Below are positions 1-9,292 of a DNA stretch of 64,000 nucleotides, piece after piece. The notes under the pieces are model-generated. The model was not told the origin of the DNA and did not search any database. It saw nothing but the letters and a program-made list of their open reading frames with translations. A program made the translations under genes and the position numbers. The stretch spans positions 256,001-320,000 of the forward strand of contig CAVZMH010000019.1 of NCBI GenBank assembly GCA_963776345.1, in the 5' to 3' direction. Source of the stretch: an uncultured delta proteobacterium (GTDB lineage: Bacteria; Myxococcota; Myxococcia; Myxococcales; Myxococcaceae). Positions within the stretch are counted from its first letter, which is position 1. Each line of letters starts with the position of its first letter.

Positions 1-137
1 GAGCGTCGCCCGGCCCGTCCACCCTCACCAGCGAGAGCACGCGGGCGCGCGGCCCCAGGTCCACCACCGCGGGGGCGGGGCGGGCGACGCGCATCGTCGG
101 GGCGCATGCTCCGAGCAGGAGCAGGCACGCGGCAGCG

Positions 138-854
138 CTACGGCATCCTCCCCACCGCATCCATCCCAAAGGTCAGCTCCGCCTGCCAGGGCCCCGCCGG
201 GAACCCGTCCAGCACCAGCACCCGGTCGAGCGCCCGGAGCGTCTCGAGCCCGAGCCTGCCGAACTCGATTCCGACCGCCGGGTGGGTCTTGGGGCGGGAC
301 GTCCCGTTCGTCGCCCAGACCACCGCGCCGTGGAGCATCAGACGTCCGGTGTCGAGCTGCAGCTCGAGCAGCATCGGCACCCCCAGCCGGGCGTCGCGCG
401 GGAGATCGCCCGTCTCGAGCTCGACACCGGCGCCGCCGCGCGAGAGGTCCCGCACGCTCCACTGCTGCGTCGTTCCCTGCGCCTTGAGGTGCACCGGGAC
501 GCGCGGGTAGCGCCGCGACTTCTCGTTGCGGTGCGCCTCGAAGAGCTTGAGCAGCGCGGCGTCCAGGCCCTTCCGGCTCCGCCCGGGCACGTACCGGATG
601 TTCAGGAAGTACTCGCCTGAGGCCGAGCGCCGGACGTCGACCACCTCGCCCAGCACCTCCACCGGATGCGAGACCGACTCGGCGGTGAGCTCGAAGAGAA
701 ACTTGGTGCCGCGCTCGAGCGGCCGCTGGCTGGGCAGGGAGACGCCGCCCTTCCCGACGCTCTTGGTGAACGCCTGTAGCAGCGACTCGGGGCTCCGGTA
801 GGAGATCCGCAGCCTTACCGGCTGGATCGAATGGGGAGGATCCGGAGCGCTCAT
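138..854 (-). CDS. Tandem PilZ-domain protein (myxobacterial type)
   Basis: ORF 138..989, likely start ATG at 854 (MSAPDPP). The C-terminal half has the PilZ c-di-GMP motifs RRYPR (RxxxR) and DLSRGG (DxSxxG). The N-terminal half is PilZ-like but degenerate. Confidence 0.75.
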   Translation of the reverse strand: MSAPDPPHSIQPVRLRISYRSPESLLQAFTKSVGKGGVSLPSQRPLERGTKFLFELTAESVSHPVEVLGEVVDVRRSASGEYFLNIRYVPGRSRKGLDAALLKLFEAHRNEKSRRYPRVPVHLKAQGTTQQWSVRDLSRGGAGVELETGDLPRDARLGVPMLLELQLDTGRLMLHGAVVWATNGTSRPKTHPAVGIEFGRLGLETLRALDRVLVLDGFPAGPWQAELTFGMDAVGRMP

Positions 855-935
855 CCGCGAACTCCAAAGTGCCCGGAAAGTCGTGATGCCCACAAGCCCC
901 GCGCGTGTCAGGGCCCTCCTCTTTCTGGATCGCTC

Positions 936-960
936 GTGGAAAGAAGTGGTATGGAGTGGA
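936..960 (+). promoter_or_regulatory. MraZ-binding direct repeats (dcw box)
   Basis: GTGGA/GTGGT/GTGGA at 936, 946 and 956 (exact 10-nt period), ~30 nt upstream of the mraZ start. This matches the known GTGG/TGG repeat architecture of MraZ operators. Confidence 0.75.
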
Positions 961-991
961 TCAGCAGGGATCTCCAGCGGCAAGGCCACGT

Positions 992-1456
992 GTGTTCCGG
1001 GGCGTCTACGAGCACCAGATCGACGCGAAAGGGCGGACCAGCCTCCCGGCCAAGCTCCGGGAGACGCTGGTGGGCGCCTACGACGAGCGCCTCATCGTCA
1101 CCACCGCCCTGGACCCCTGCCTCCATGCCTACCCGGTGCGGGAGTGGGAGCTGCTCGAGGCGTCGCTCGCCACGCGGAACCCGATGGAGCCGGGCGTGAA
1201 GACGCTGATGCGCCTCTACGTGGCGCCGGCCCAGGAGTGCCCGGTCGACAAGCTGGGGCGAATCCTGATCCCGCCCACGCTGCGCGCCCACGCCGGCCTG
1301 GAGAAGGACGTGGTCTGGGCGGGGATGGTGAAGGTCATCGAGGTGTGGAGCCGGGACGGCTGGCGCCGGGCGCAGGAAGACGCCCGCGGCGCGGCCGACT
1401 CTGCAGACGTGATGCGCGTGCTCACCGAGCTGCGCCAAGGAAGGGAGCAAACGTGA
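992..1456 (+). CDS. mraZ: Division/cell wall cluster transcriptional repressor MraZ
   Basis: GTG start at 992 ([19 protein letters not shown]). Two DxKGR/DxLGR SpoVT-AbrB repeats. First gene of the dcw cluster. Confidence 0.95.
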   Translation: MFRGVYEHQIDAKGRTSLPAKLRETLVGAYDERLIVTTALDPCLHAYPVREWELLEASLATRNPMEPGVKTLMRLYVAPAQECPVDKLGRILIPPTLRAHAGLEKDVVWAGMVKVIEVWSRDGWRRAQEDARGAADSADVMRVLTELRQGREQT

Positions 1457-1842
1457 GCAAGGCGGCGAAGAAGGAGCGGCGGAACGAGCTCGAGCCCTCG
1501 CTGAGGCTGAAGCACACCACCCTGTCCTGCATGGGCGAGCTGGATCGCGACGCGCTCCGGGCCATCCGCGACCGGATGCTGCGCCTGCTGGATCAGGGCT
1601 GCGTCTGGCTGGTGCTGGACCTCAGCGAGGTGAGCCACATGGACTACCGGGGAGTGCCCTGGCTCGTCTCGCAGGCCGAGGACTACCGGCGCCGCGGCGG
1701 CGACGTGAAGCTCGCCGGCGTCTCGCGCTACCTCCTGGCCATCCTCCGCGCCGCGGGGGCCCACGACGCGTTCGAGATCTACTCCGACGCCGGCGACGCC
1801 CGGGAGGCGCTCAGCCAGGGCCAGAACGCCTGGCTTCATTGA
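1453..1842 (+). CDS. STAS domain protein (anti-sigma factor antagonist-like)
   Basis: GTG at 1453 overlaps the mraZ stop (GTGA). STAS pattern GELD...[16 protein letters not shown]...GGDVKLAGV...FEIY. Confidence 0.85.
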   Translation: MSKAAKKERRNELEPSLRLKHTTLSCMGELDRDALRAIRDRMLRLLDQGCVWLVLDLSEVSHMDYRGVPWLVSQAEDYRRRGGDVKLAGVSRYLLAILRAAGAHDAFEIYSDAGDAREALSQGQNAWLH

Positions 1843-2786
1843 CGTCCGGCTCCACCGGCGAGCCTCGGCGTCCCTTGTCGTTCGTCCACGAAACCGTCCT
1901 CCGCGACGAGGTGGTTCAGCTCTTGAAGCCAGTTCCCGGAAAGCGCCTGGTGGATGCGACGCTCGGCGGCGGCGGGCACGCCGAGGCCCTGCTCGCAGCC
2001 GGGGCCGAGGTCATCGGCGTGGACAGGGATCCGACCGCCGTCGCCGCGGCGCGCGCCCGCCTGGCCGGCTCCGAGCGGTTCCAGGCGGTGGAGGGACGCG
2101 CCGGCGAGCTCGAGGCGCTGCTCGGCCCGATGGGGCTGCTCCCGGTGGATGGCGTGCTGCTCGACCTGGGCGTGAGCAGCCCGCAGCTCGGCACCCCGGG
2201 CCGGGGCTTCAGCTTCCAGGCCGACGGTCCGCTGGACATGCGGATGGGGCGTACGGGCGAGACCGCGGCGGAGCTGATCGCCCGGCTGTCCGAGCCCGAG
2301 CTGACCGCCGTGCTCCGCGACCTCGGCGAGGAGCCCTTCGCCAGGCCCATCGCCCGCGCCCTGAAGCAGGACCTGCCCATCACCACGCTCGCCGCCGTCG
2401 AGTCGGTGAAGCGGGCGGTGCCGCGAAGGGCCTGGCCGTCGAAGGTGCACGTGGCGACGCGGACCTTCCAGGCGCTCCGCATCGCGGTGAACGACGAGCT
2501 GGGCGAGCTGGACCGGGTTCTCTCGGCGCTGCCCCGGCTGCTCCGCGTCGGCGGGCGGGCGGCGGTCATCGCCTTTCACAGTCTCGAGGACCGCGCGGTG
2601 AAGCAGGCCTTCCGCGCGCTCGAGGGCCGCTGCACCTGTCCGCCGGGGCTTCCCGTCTGCGCCTGCGGTGCGCAGGGCACGTTCAAGGTCCTGACCCGCA
2701 GGGCGGTGCAGGCCTCGGACGCCGAGGTCGAACGCAATCCCCGGGCGCGCAGCGCGCGGCTCCGGGCCGTGGAGAGGGTGGCATGA
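1839..2786 (+). CDS. rsmH: 16S rRNA m4C1402 methyltransferase RsmH
   Basis: [38 protein letters not shown] and [10 protein letters not shown] motifs. Confidence 0.97.
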   Translation: MTSGSTGEPRRPLSFVHETVLRDEVVQLLKPVPGKRLVDATLGGGGHAEALLAAGAEVIGVDRDPTAVAAARARLAGSERFQAVEGRAGELEALLGPMGLLPVDGVLLDLGVSSPQLGTPGRGFSFQADGPLDMRMGRTGETAAELIARLSEPELTAVLRDLGEEPFARPIARALKQDLPITTLAAVESVKRAVPRRAWPSKVHVATRTFQALRIAVNDELGELDRVLSALPRLLRVGGRAAVIAFHSLEDRAVKQAFRALEGRCTCPPGLPVCACGAQGTFKVLTRRAVQASDAEVERNPRARSARLRAVERVA

Positions 2787-3166
2787 TCCGGAAGTCCGGG
2801 AAGGGGCGCCGGGTCTCCCTCGGCGCGGTGCTGGGGCAGATCTTTCCGGTGGCGCTCTGCTGCGGGCTGCTGGCCGCGGTCGGCATCCTCCACGTGGCCT
2901 CGCGCAGCCAGGTGGTGGACGCGGCGTACCGTCTCTCCGCGCTCGAGGCCGAGAGCCGCACGCTCGCCCTGGCCAACGACCGGCTCAAGCTCGAGCTGGC
3001 GACGCTCAAGCGCCCGGCCCGTCTCGAGGCGCTCGCCCGCGGCCAGCTGGGGATGGCCCCGGCGGCCGCGTCGGCCGTCGACTCGGTCGCCGCCCGGCCC
3101 GCGCCGGTGGCGGTGCACGCGGCCGAGGGTCGCCGCACGCTGGCCGACCGCCGCTCGCCGCGATGA
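2783..3166 (+). CDS. ftsL: Cell division protein FtsL
   Basis: Single TM segment followed by a leucine coiled coil ending [12 protein letters not shown]. Located between rsmH and ftsI. Confidence 0.85.
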   Translation: MIRKSGKGRRVSLGAVLGQIFPVALCCGLLAAVGILHVASRSQVVDAAYRLSALEAESRTLALANDRLKLELATLKRPARLEALARGQLGMAPAAASAVDSVAARPAPVAVHAAEGRRTLADRRSPR

Positions 3167-5166
3167 TCCCTCGCCGGTCCTCCGAGCATGGGCGGCCTCC
3201 GGCCGAGCTGACGCGGTGGACCCGTGCCCGGGTGCTCCTGATGGGCGGCCTGCTCATGGCCACGCTCGGGGCGGCGCTGGTGCGCGCGGTCAGCCTTCAA
3301 GTGCTCCAGCGGGCCCGGCTCTCCTCGATGGCCACGGACCAGTCGGTGCGGGAGATGGAGATCCCCGCCCGCCGCGGCGACATCTACGACCGCCGCGGCA
3401 TCCCGCTGGCCCAGAGCGTGGAGGTGGACTCGCTCTGGCTCGACCCCTCGCTGGTGCCGGACCTCCCGCGCGCCTCGCGCGAGCTGGCCCGGGCGCTGCG
3501 CCTCGACGCCGCCGAGCTCCAGGCCCGGCTCGCCCGCGGCCGCCGCTTCGCCTGGGTGAAGCGTCAGGTGACGCCGCAGGAGCTCGTCGCGGCGCAGCGG
3601 CTGGACATCCCCGGCCTCGGCGTGGCCAAGGAGCCCAAGCGCTTCTACCCGCAGCGCGAGCTCGGGGCCCAGGTGCTGGGAGTGGTCGGCACCGACGGCC
3701 ACGGGCTCGAGGGCCTGGAGCTGGCCTTCGAGGACGAGCTGTCCGGGCAGAGCGAGAAGGTGCAGGGCACGCGCGACGCCCGCGGGAGGAACCTCCTGCT
3801 CCAGGGCGCGCCCGAGGCGGTGGACCGGCAGGGCGCCACCGTCACCCTCACCCTCGACCGCCAGGTGCAGTACGTCGCCGAGAAGGCGCTGGACCGCGCG
3901 GTCGAGGAGAGCAAGGCCATCGGCGGGATGCTGGTGGTGCTGGACCCCCGCACCGGCGAGCTCCTGGGCATCGCCCAGTCGCCGCGCTTCAACCCCAACG
4001 CCCCGGCGCCCGGCATCGCCGCCGGCGCGGTCCGCGACCGCCCGGCGCTCGACACCTTCGAGCCGGGCAGCACCTACAAGGCCTTCGTCGCCGCCGCTGC
4101 GCTCGAGGACCGGGCGGTCCGCCCCGAGGACACCTTCGACTGCGAGGGCGGCAGCTGGGAGGTGGGCCGGCACGTCATCCACGACACCCACCCGCACGGC
4201 ATGCTGAACCTCGCCCGCATTCTCGCCGTCTCCTCGAACATCGGCGCCGCCAAGGTGGCCCAGCGGCTCGGGCGCGAGGGGATGATGCGGGCGGCCCGCC
4301 GCTTCGGCTTCGGCGAGCGGACCGGGCTCGCGCTCCCCGGCGAGGGCCGGGGGAGCATCCCGTACCCCAAGGCCGAGGTGACCCTGGCCACCCAGGCCTT
4401 CGGGCAGGGGCTGAGCGCCACCGCGGTCCAGGTGGCGGCGGCGTACGGCGCGCTGGCCAACCGGGGCGTCCTGATGCGCCCGTACCTGGTCGCGCGGGTC
4501 ACCGACCCCGATGGGGTGGTGCTGCTCGAGAACCAGCCCACCCCGGTGCGTCCGGCGGTCAGCGAGCGGACGGCCCGGATGGTCCTCCAGATGCTCGAGG
4601 GGGTGGTCCAGAAGGACGGCACCGCCCCCCGCGCCGCGCTGGAGGCTTACCGGGCGGCCGGAAAGACCGGGACGGCGCAAAAACCCGACCCCGTTGCACG
4701 CGGCTACTCCGAGAAGCGAATCGCCAGCTTCGCCGGCATCGTCCCGGCAGACGACCCCCGGCTGGTCATCTACGTCATGGTGGACGAGCCCAAGACGGAC
4801 GTCTACGGCAGCGTGATCGCCGCCCCGGCCTTCAAGGAGGTCGCCACTGCGGCCCTCCCCTACCTGGGCATCCCACCGTCGCTTTCCGTGCTGGCGGCCG
4901 CCAAGAAGGTTCCCATCCCACCCCCGATGCAGGTAAAGGAGGAGCCCGCCGCGGCCCAGCCGGTCACCGAGCGGCTGGAGCAGGGGAGTGTGTCGGTCCC
5001 GAACGTGCAAGGACAGGTGGGTCGTGACGCCGTGGCGCGGATGCTGGCGACGTCCCTGGAACCCAGACTTCGTGGCAGTGGACGGGTGATGGCGCAGTGG
5101 CCCGCACCGGGCGCGCACGTGGCGCGCGGGGCGAGAGTGACGCTCGAACTGGGCGCCGCACCCTGA
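3163..5166 (+). CDS. ftsI: Penicillin-binding protein 3 (FtsI) with C-terminal PASTA domain
   Basis: RRGDIYDR, EPGSTYK (SxxK), SSNIG (SxN), KTGTAQK. C-terminal VPNVQG...QWPAPG is PASTA-like. Confidence 0.95.
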   Translation: MIPRRSSEHGRPPAELTRWTRARVLLMGGLLMATLGAALVRAVSLQVLQRARLSSMATDQSVREMEIPARRGDIYDRRGIPLAQSVEVDSLWLDPSLVPDLPRASRELARALRLDAAELQARLARGRRFAWVKRQVTPQELVAAQRLDIPGLGVAKEPKRFYPQRELGAQVLGVVGTDGHGLEGLELAFEDELSGQSEKVQGTRDARGRNLLLQGAPEAVDRQGATVTLTLDRQVQYVAEKALDRAVEESKAIGGMLVVLDPRTGELLGIAQSPRFNPNAPAPGIAAGAVRDRPALDTFEPGSTYKAFVAAAALEDRAVRPEDTFDCEGGSWEVGRHVIHDTHPHGMLNLARILAVSSNIGAAKVAQRLGREGMMRAARRFGFGERTGLALPGEGRGSIPYPKAEVTLATQAFGQGLSATAVQVAAAYGALANRGVLMRPYLVARVTDPDGVVLLENQPTPVRPAVSERTARMVLQMLEGVVQKDGTAPRAALEAYRAAGKTGTAQKPDPVARGYSEKRIASFAGIVPADDPRLVIYVMVDEPKTDVYGSVIAAPAFKEVATAALPYLGIPPSLSVLAAAKKVPIPPPMQVKEEPAAAQPVTERLEQGSVSVPNVQGQVGRDAVARMLATSLEPRLRGSGRVMAQWPAPGAHVARGARVTLELGAAP

Positions 5167-5183
5167 GCAAGGACCTAACGTAA

Positions 5184-6689
5184 ATGAAGTTGACCGAAGT
5201 GTTGGCGGGGATTGGTGCCGAGCAGCAGTCCGGCTCCCGGGCGTCGCTCGAGGTGACGGGCGTGGCCCATGACTCGCGCAAGGTGACGCCGGGCACGCTG
5301 TTCGTCGCCTTCCCGGGCGCCACCACCGACGGGGCCAATTTCGTCGCCGAGGCCAAGCAGAAGGGCGCGGTGGCGGTGGTGGCCCAGCGGGCGGTGCAGA
5401 CCGAGGGCCCAGTGTTCCAGGTGGTCAACGCCCGGCAGGCCCTGGCGCTGATCGCCGCCAACTTCTACCGGAAGCCGGCGAACGAGCTGATGCTGCTCGG
5501 GGTCACCGGGACCAACGGGAAGACCACCACCACCTGGCTGCTGGAGTCCATCTGCGCCGCCGGCGGCGCGGCCACCGGGCGCATCGGCACCATCGACACC
5601 CGCTTCGCCGGCCGCTCGCTCGAGCCCACCCACACCACGCCCGACGCGCTCGCGCTGCAGGCGCTCTTCCGGGAGATGGTGGACGCCGGCACGGACACGG
5701 TGGTGATGGAGGTCAGCAGCCACGCGCTCGACCAGGACCGGGTGCACGGCCTGACGTTCCGCGCCGCCGGCTTCACCAACCTGAGCCGGGATCACCTCGA
5801 CTACCACCCGGACATGGAGGCCTACTTCCAGGCCAAGCGGAAGCTCTTCAGCGAGAACCTGAGCCCGGGCGGCGTGGCGGTGGTGAACGGCGACGACACC
5901 TACGCCGCGCGCCTCTACAACGAGGTCCGCTCCAGCAAGCGGATGGCCTGGAAGTTCAGCCGGAGCGGCGGGGAGATCTCCGCCGCCGGCGTCGAGTACT
6001 CGCTGGCCGGCATCAAGGCGACCCTCAAGACGCCGGCGGGCGACATCGCCATCCAGTCGGCGCTGGTCGGCCCGCACAATCTGGAGAACATCCTCGCCGC
6101 CGCCGGCATGGCGCTCGGGGCGGGCTTCAGCCGCCAGGACGTGAAGGAGGGCCTCGCCCGGATGAAGGGCGTGCCGGGCCGGATGGAGCGCATCGAGGCC
6201 GAGGGGCGGGTGGCCCTGGTCGACTACGCGCACAGCGACGACGCGCTCCGCCGCTCGCTCGAGGCCGCGCGCACCCTCGCCCGGGGCCGGGTGGTGGTGG
6301 TGTTCGGCTGCGGCGGCGACCGCGACAAGGGCAAGCGCCCGCTGATGGGCCAGGTCGCCGCGGAGAGCGCGGACCTGGTGGTGGTCACCAGCGACAACCC
6401 ACGCACCGAGGACCCGGACGAGATCATCTCGCAGGTCACCGCCGGCGTGGAGAAGGCCGGGCTCCGCCGGATGAGCGCCGGCAAGGCCAAGAGCGGCGAG
6501 CGCGGCTACCTGGTCGACGCCGACCGGCGGGCGGCCATCGAGCTCGGGGCGTCGCTCTTGAAGGAAGGCGACGTGATGCTCGTCGCCGGCAAGGGCCATG
6601 AGGGCTACCAGCTCGTCGGGACCGAGAAGCGGCCCTTCGACGACGTGGCCGAGGCCCGCGCCGCGCTGACCAAGGCCGGAGCAACCTGA
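5184..6689 (+). CDS. murE: UDP-MurNAc-tripeptide synthetase MurE (mDAP)
   Basis: GVTGTNGKTTT, HTTPD, MEVSSHAL, DYAH, DNPR (mDAP specificity) and AGKGHE motifs. Confidence 0.97.
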   Translation: MKLTEVLAGIGAEQQSGSRASLEVTGVAHDSRKVTPGTLFVAFPGATTDGANFVAEAKQKGAVAVVAQRAVQTEGPVFQVVNARQALALIAANFYRKPANELMLLGVTGTNGKTTTTWLLESICAAGGAATGRIGTIDTRFAGRSLEPTHTTPDALALQALFREMVDAGTDTVVMEVSSHALDQDRVHGLTFRAAGFTNLSRDHLDYHPDMEAYFQAKRKLFSENLSPGGVAVVNGDDTYAARLYNEVRSSKRMAWKFSRSGGEISAAGVEYSLAGIKATLKTPAGDIAIQSALVGPHNLENILAAAGMALGAGFSRQDVKEGLARMKGVPGRMERIEAEGRVALVDYAHSDDALRRSLEAARTLARGRVVVVFGCGGDRDKGKRPLMGQVAAESADLVVVTSDNPRTEDPDEIISQVTAGVEKAGLRRMSAGKAKSGERGYLVDADRRAAIELGASLLKEGDVMLVAGKGHEGYQLVGTEKRPFDDVAEARAALTKAGAT

Positions 6690-6699
6690 CCGGGCGCAG

Positions 6700-8094
6700 A
6701 TGGCCGCCGAGCCGCGGTTCACCCACGCGGAGGTCCTCGCCGCCACCGGGGCACGCCCGACCGGAACCCTGTCGTCCGGGTTCGAGGGCGTCTCCACCGA
6801 CTCGCGGACGCTGACCCCGGGTGCGCTCTTCGTGGCGCTCCGGGGCGAGCGCTTCGACGCGCACGACTTTCTCGCCGACGTCGCCGCCCGGGGCGCGGCG
6901 GGCGCGGTGGTCCAGTTCGGCCACCCGCGGTCGGAGATCCCCCCCGGCTTCCCCCTCTACGAGGTGTCCGACACCCTGCAGGCGCTCGGGGCGCTGGGGC
7001 GGTTCCACCGGCGGCGGTTCCGGCTGCCGCTCGGCGCGGTGGGCGGGAGCAACGGGAAGACGACCACCAAGGAGATGGTGGGGGCCATCCTGGCGGTCCG
7101 CGGCCCCGCCCTGAAGACGGAAGGGAACCTCAACAACGAGGTGGGGCTGCCGCTCACCCTCCTCCGCCTTCGCTCCGAGCACGTCGCGGCGGTGGTGGAG
7201 CTGGGGATGAACCACCCCGGGGAGATGGCGCGGCTCACCGCCGTGGCCGAGCCGGACGCGGCGCTCATCACCACCATCCAGCCCGAGCACCTCGAGGGGC
7301 TGGGGAGCATCGAGGGCGTGGCGGAGGCCGAGGGCGAGCTGTTCGCCGGACTCGCCGCGCGGGCCATGGCGGTGGTGAACCTCGACGACCCCCACGTCAC
7401 GCGCCAGGGGGCACGGGCCCGGGGGCCGCGGCGGACGTTCGGGCGCGCGGCCGCCGCGGACGTGCGCCTGGTCGAGGCGACGCCTCGCGGGAAGAGCGGC
7501 CTCTCCCTGGTCATCGACGCCGGGGGCCGCCGCTGGCCGGTGTCGCTCGGCTTCGTCGGCGAGCACAACGCGCTCAACGCCACCGGGGCCTTCGCCCTGG
7601 CCACCGCGCTCGGGTACCGCCCCGAGGAGTGCGTCCAGGGGCTCGAGGCGGCCCGGCCCTACGCCCGGCGGCTCAACGTGGTCGAGGCGGCGGGCGGCTG
7701 GACGGTGGTGGACGACTGCTACAACGCCAACCCGGCCTCGATGGCGGCGGCGCTGGACACCGCGCGCACCCTCGCCGGCGGGGGCCGGGTGGTGGTGGTC
7801 CTGGGCGACATGCTGGAGCTCGGACCCGGCGAGCAGGAGGAGCACGTGGCCCTGGGTGCGCACGTGTCGCAGGTCGCCGGTCTCGCGGCCTTCCTCGGCC
7901 CCCGGAGCGCCTGGGCGGCGGGGGCGGCGCGGGGCATCGAGTCGGCACACTTCCTGGAAGTGCAGCCCCTCTGGGACTGGCTCGGCCCCAGACTGCGGCC
8001 GGGTGACCTCGTCCTGGTGAAGGGGAGCCGCGGCATGCGTCTGGAGCGGATGGTGGAAAAACTGACCGGAGTGGCGGCTTCCGGGGGACACTGA
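6700..8094 (+). CDS. murF: UDP-MurNAc-pentapeptide synthetase MurF
   Basis: GSNGKTTTKEM, NLNNEVG, ELGMNHPGE, DDCYNANP, GDMLELG and KGSRG motifs. Confidence 0.97.
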   Translation: MAAEPRFTHAEVLAATGARPTGTLSSGFEGVSTDSRTLTPGALFVALRGERFDAHDFLADVAARGAAGAVVQFGHPRSEIPPGFPLYEVSDTLQALGALGRFHRRRFRLPLGAVGGSNGKTTTKEMVGAILAVRGPALKTEGNLNNEVGLPLTLLRLRSEHVAAVVELGMNHPGEMARLTAVAEPDAALITTIQPEHLEGLGSIEGVAEAEGELFAGLAARAMAVVNLDDPHVTRQGARARGPRRTFGRAAAADVRLVEATPRGKSGLSLVIDAGGRRWPVSLGFVGEHNALNATGAFALATALGYRPEECVQGLEAARPYARRLNVVEAAGGWTVVDDCYNANPASMAAALDTARTLAGGGRVVVVLGDMLELGPGEQEEHVALGAHVSQVAGLAAFLGPRSAWAAGAARGIESAHFLEVQPLWDWLGPRLRPGDLVLVKGSRGMRLERMVEKLTGVAASGGH

Positions 8095-8112
8095 CCCCCC
8101 CCACCAGCGACC

Positions 8113-9279
8113 GTGCTCTTCCTGCTCTACGGGCTGCTCCGGGATTCCCAGGCGCAGCGGCTCCTCAACTTCCTCCGCTACCCGACGTTTCGCATCGTCG
8201 CCGCGGGCGTGGCGGCGCTGCTCATCGGCCTGCTCTGGGGCCGGCGCTTCATCGAGCAGCTGCGCCTCACCCAGCACGGGCAGAGCAACGTGCGCGAGGA
8301 CACGCCCGACCGGCACCAGTCGAAGAAGGGCACGCCGACGATGGGCGGCACGCTGATCCTGGTCTGCATCGGATCGGCCACGCTCCTCTTCGCCGACCTC
8401 TCGTCGCGGGTGGTGTGGGTCGCGCTGCTCTGGACCTTCGGGTACGGCTTCATCGGCTTCCTCGACGACTGGCTGAAGCTGTCCAAGCGGAACAGCAAGG
8501 GGCTCGCCGGCCGGAAGAAGCTCCTCTTGCAGACGCTGTTCTACGCGGTGGGCATCTTCGGCATCCTCTGCACCTGGAAGGGCGGGGTGCCGCACCTCCT
8601 GATCGAGACGCGGATCACCGTCCCCCTCATCCCCACCCGGCACTTCAACCCCGACCTCGGCTGGGCCTACGTCTTCTTCGGCTGGGTGGTGGTGGTCGGG
8701 ACGTCCAACGCGGTGAACCTCACCGACGGTCTGGACGGGCTGGCCATCGTCCCCACCATCGTCGCCGCCGCCACCTTCGCCATCCTCTGCTACGTCGCTG
8801 GCAGCGGTCTGCACATCGCGGACGTGGTGGAGGTGGCCGGGCAGCCGCGGCTGGTGAGCACGCCCCTGTGGCGCTACCTGGGCATCCTCCCGGTCACCGG
8901 CGGCGCCGATCTGGCGGTGTTCTGCGCCGCGGTGGTGGGCGCAGGTCTGTCCTTCCTCTGGTTCAACACCTACCCGGCCAGCGTCTTCATGGGCGACATC
9001 GGCTCGCTGGCGCTGGGCGGGGGGCTCGGCGGCCTGGCGGTGCTGAGCAAGAACGAGATCGCCTCGGCCATCATCCACGGGGTGTTCCTGGCCGAGGCGC
9101 TGTCGGTGATGATCCAGGTCGCCTCGTTCAAGATGACCGGACGGCGGGTCTTTCGCATGGCGCCGGTGCACCACCACTTCGAGCTCAAGGGGCTGAGCGA
9201 GCCGAAGATTATCGTGCGCTTCTGGATCGTCTCCATCGTCTGCGGCGCGGTGGCGCTGATGACGCTCAAGCTGCGCTAG
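8113..9279 (+). CDS. mraY: Phospho-MurNAc-pentapeptide transferase MraY
   Basis: KKGTPTMGG, NAVNLTDGLDGL, FMGDIGS and MAPVHHHFE motifs. Confidence 0.97.
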   Translation: MLFLLYGLLRDSQAQRLLNFLRYPTFRIVAAGVAALLIGLLWGRRFIEQLRLTQHGQSNVREDTPDRHQSKKGTPTMGGTLILVCIGSATLLFADLSSRVVWVALLWTFGYGFIGFLDDWLKLSKRNSKGLAGRKKLLLQTLFYAVGIFGILCTWKGGVPHLLIETRITVPLIPTRHFNPDLGWAYVFFGWVVVVGTSNAVNLTDGLDGLAIVPTIVAAATFAILCYVAGSGLHIADVVEVAGQPRLVSTPLWRYLGILPVTGGADLAVFCAAVVGAGLSFLWFNTYPASVFMGDIGSLALGGGLGGLAVLSKNEIASAIIHGVFLAEALSVMIQVASFKMTGRRVFRMAPVHHHFELKGLSEPKIIVRFWIVSIVCGAVALMTLKLR

Positions 9280-9292
9280 GCGGCTCCCGCTC

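Noticed and set aside
1..137. Partial CDS at the left edge on the minus strand
   Set aside because: Only ~30 codons are visible, with an ambiguous frame and no recognisable motif.
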